Below are positions 63,401 to 64,000 of a stretch of 64,000 nucleotides of DNA, piece by piece. The DNA is from Marsupella aquatica (taxonomy: Eukaryota > Plantae > Marchantiophyta), in contig OZ316891.1 of the NCBI GenBank assembly GCA_973895155.1, positions 20,224,169-20,288,168 on the forward strand. Direction: 5' to 3'. Each line of letters starts with the position of its first letter. Positions within the stretch are counted from its first letter, which is position 1. A model generated the notes under the pieces. The model ran no database searches. It saw only the letters and a program-made list of their open reading frames with translations, and was not told the origin of the DNA. Position numbers and translations under genes: made by a program.

Positions 63401-64000
63401 GTGCCTCTCAATATGAAAGTTCATTACATCTCATTCTCGGCCCATGCAGATTATACCCAGACAAGTGCATTCCTGAGCGAGTTGAACCCACCCAACATCA
63501 TCCTCGTGCACGGGGAGTCCAATGAGATGGGACGGTTGAAAGCAAAGCTCCAAACCCAATTTGCCGATACCAATGTGAAGGTTTTGACTCCCAAAAATTG
63601 CCAGACAGTGGAATTGTTCTTTAAGGGTGACAAGACAGCCAAAGCTGTAGGAAGACTGGCGGAGAAAACCCCACAGCTAACGGACCCTATGAGTGGACTC
63701 CTGGTTCGGAAGGGATTTAGTTACCAGCTTATGACTCCAGATGATCTCCACAGCTATACACAGCTCTCTACTGGAAGTGTCTTACAGAGGCAATCTGTTC
63801 CTTACAAGGGAACTTTTACAGTGCTCAGGCACAGGCTCCAACTGATGTATGAAGGAGTGGAAACTGTAGCGAAAACAGAGATAGCCACACTTAAAGTCTA
63901 TGACAAAGTGACTGTGATCCAAGAAGGAATGGATTACATAGTCTTGCAGTGGGTCTCCGATCCTGTGAGTGATATGATAGCTGATTCAATTGTTGCTATG
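60493..64000 (+). CDS. CPSF73-I: Cleavage and polyadenylation specificity factor 73 kDa subunit (runs off the window end)
   Basis: Exons 60493-60618, 61291-61388, 61865-61910, 62225-62374, 62666->64000. Motifs [66 protein letters not shown]. Confidence 0.96.

Overview
Eukaryotic nuclear DNA from a land plant with GT-AG introns and plant-type housekeeping genes. The gene content suggests a seed-free plant (bryophyte, lycophyte or fern), which is inference. Left third: an Athila-like Ty3/Gypsy element (5' LTR, tRNA-Asp PBS, gag-pol) inserted into the RT of a CRE-like non-LTR element, a 136-bp higher-order tandem repeat, and decayed fragments of a Crinkler-type gene and FtsH4. Next come a disrupted NLR-like gene (helical N-terminal domain, NB-ARC, ~17 near-identical 45-aa armadillo repeats instead of LRRs), a fungal-looking two-exon L-rhamnose mutarotase, a long near-perfect hairpin and an intronless trypsin-like protease. 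Right half: a MORN-repeat gene, SCO1/HCC1, an intronless peroxisomal thiolase and CPSF73-I, with a SINE, foldback/MITE-like elements and minisatellites in between. Most interesting: the NB-ARC-ARM receptor whose repeats vary on the binding helix, the palindrome array and extra protease/RT-like ORFs in the Gypsy 5' region, and candidate horizontally acquired genes. All family calls are by eye from motifs; no searches were run.
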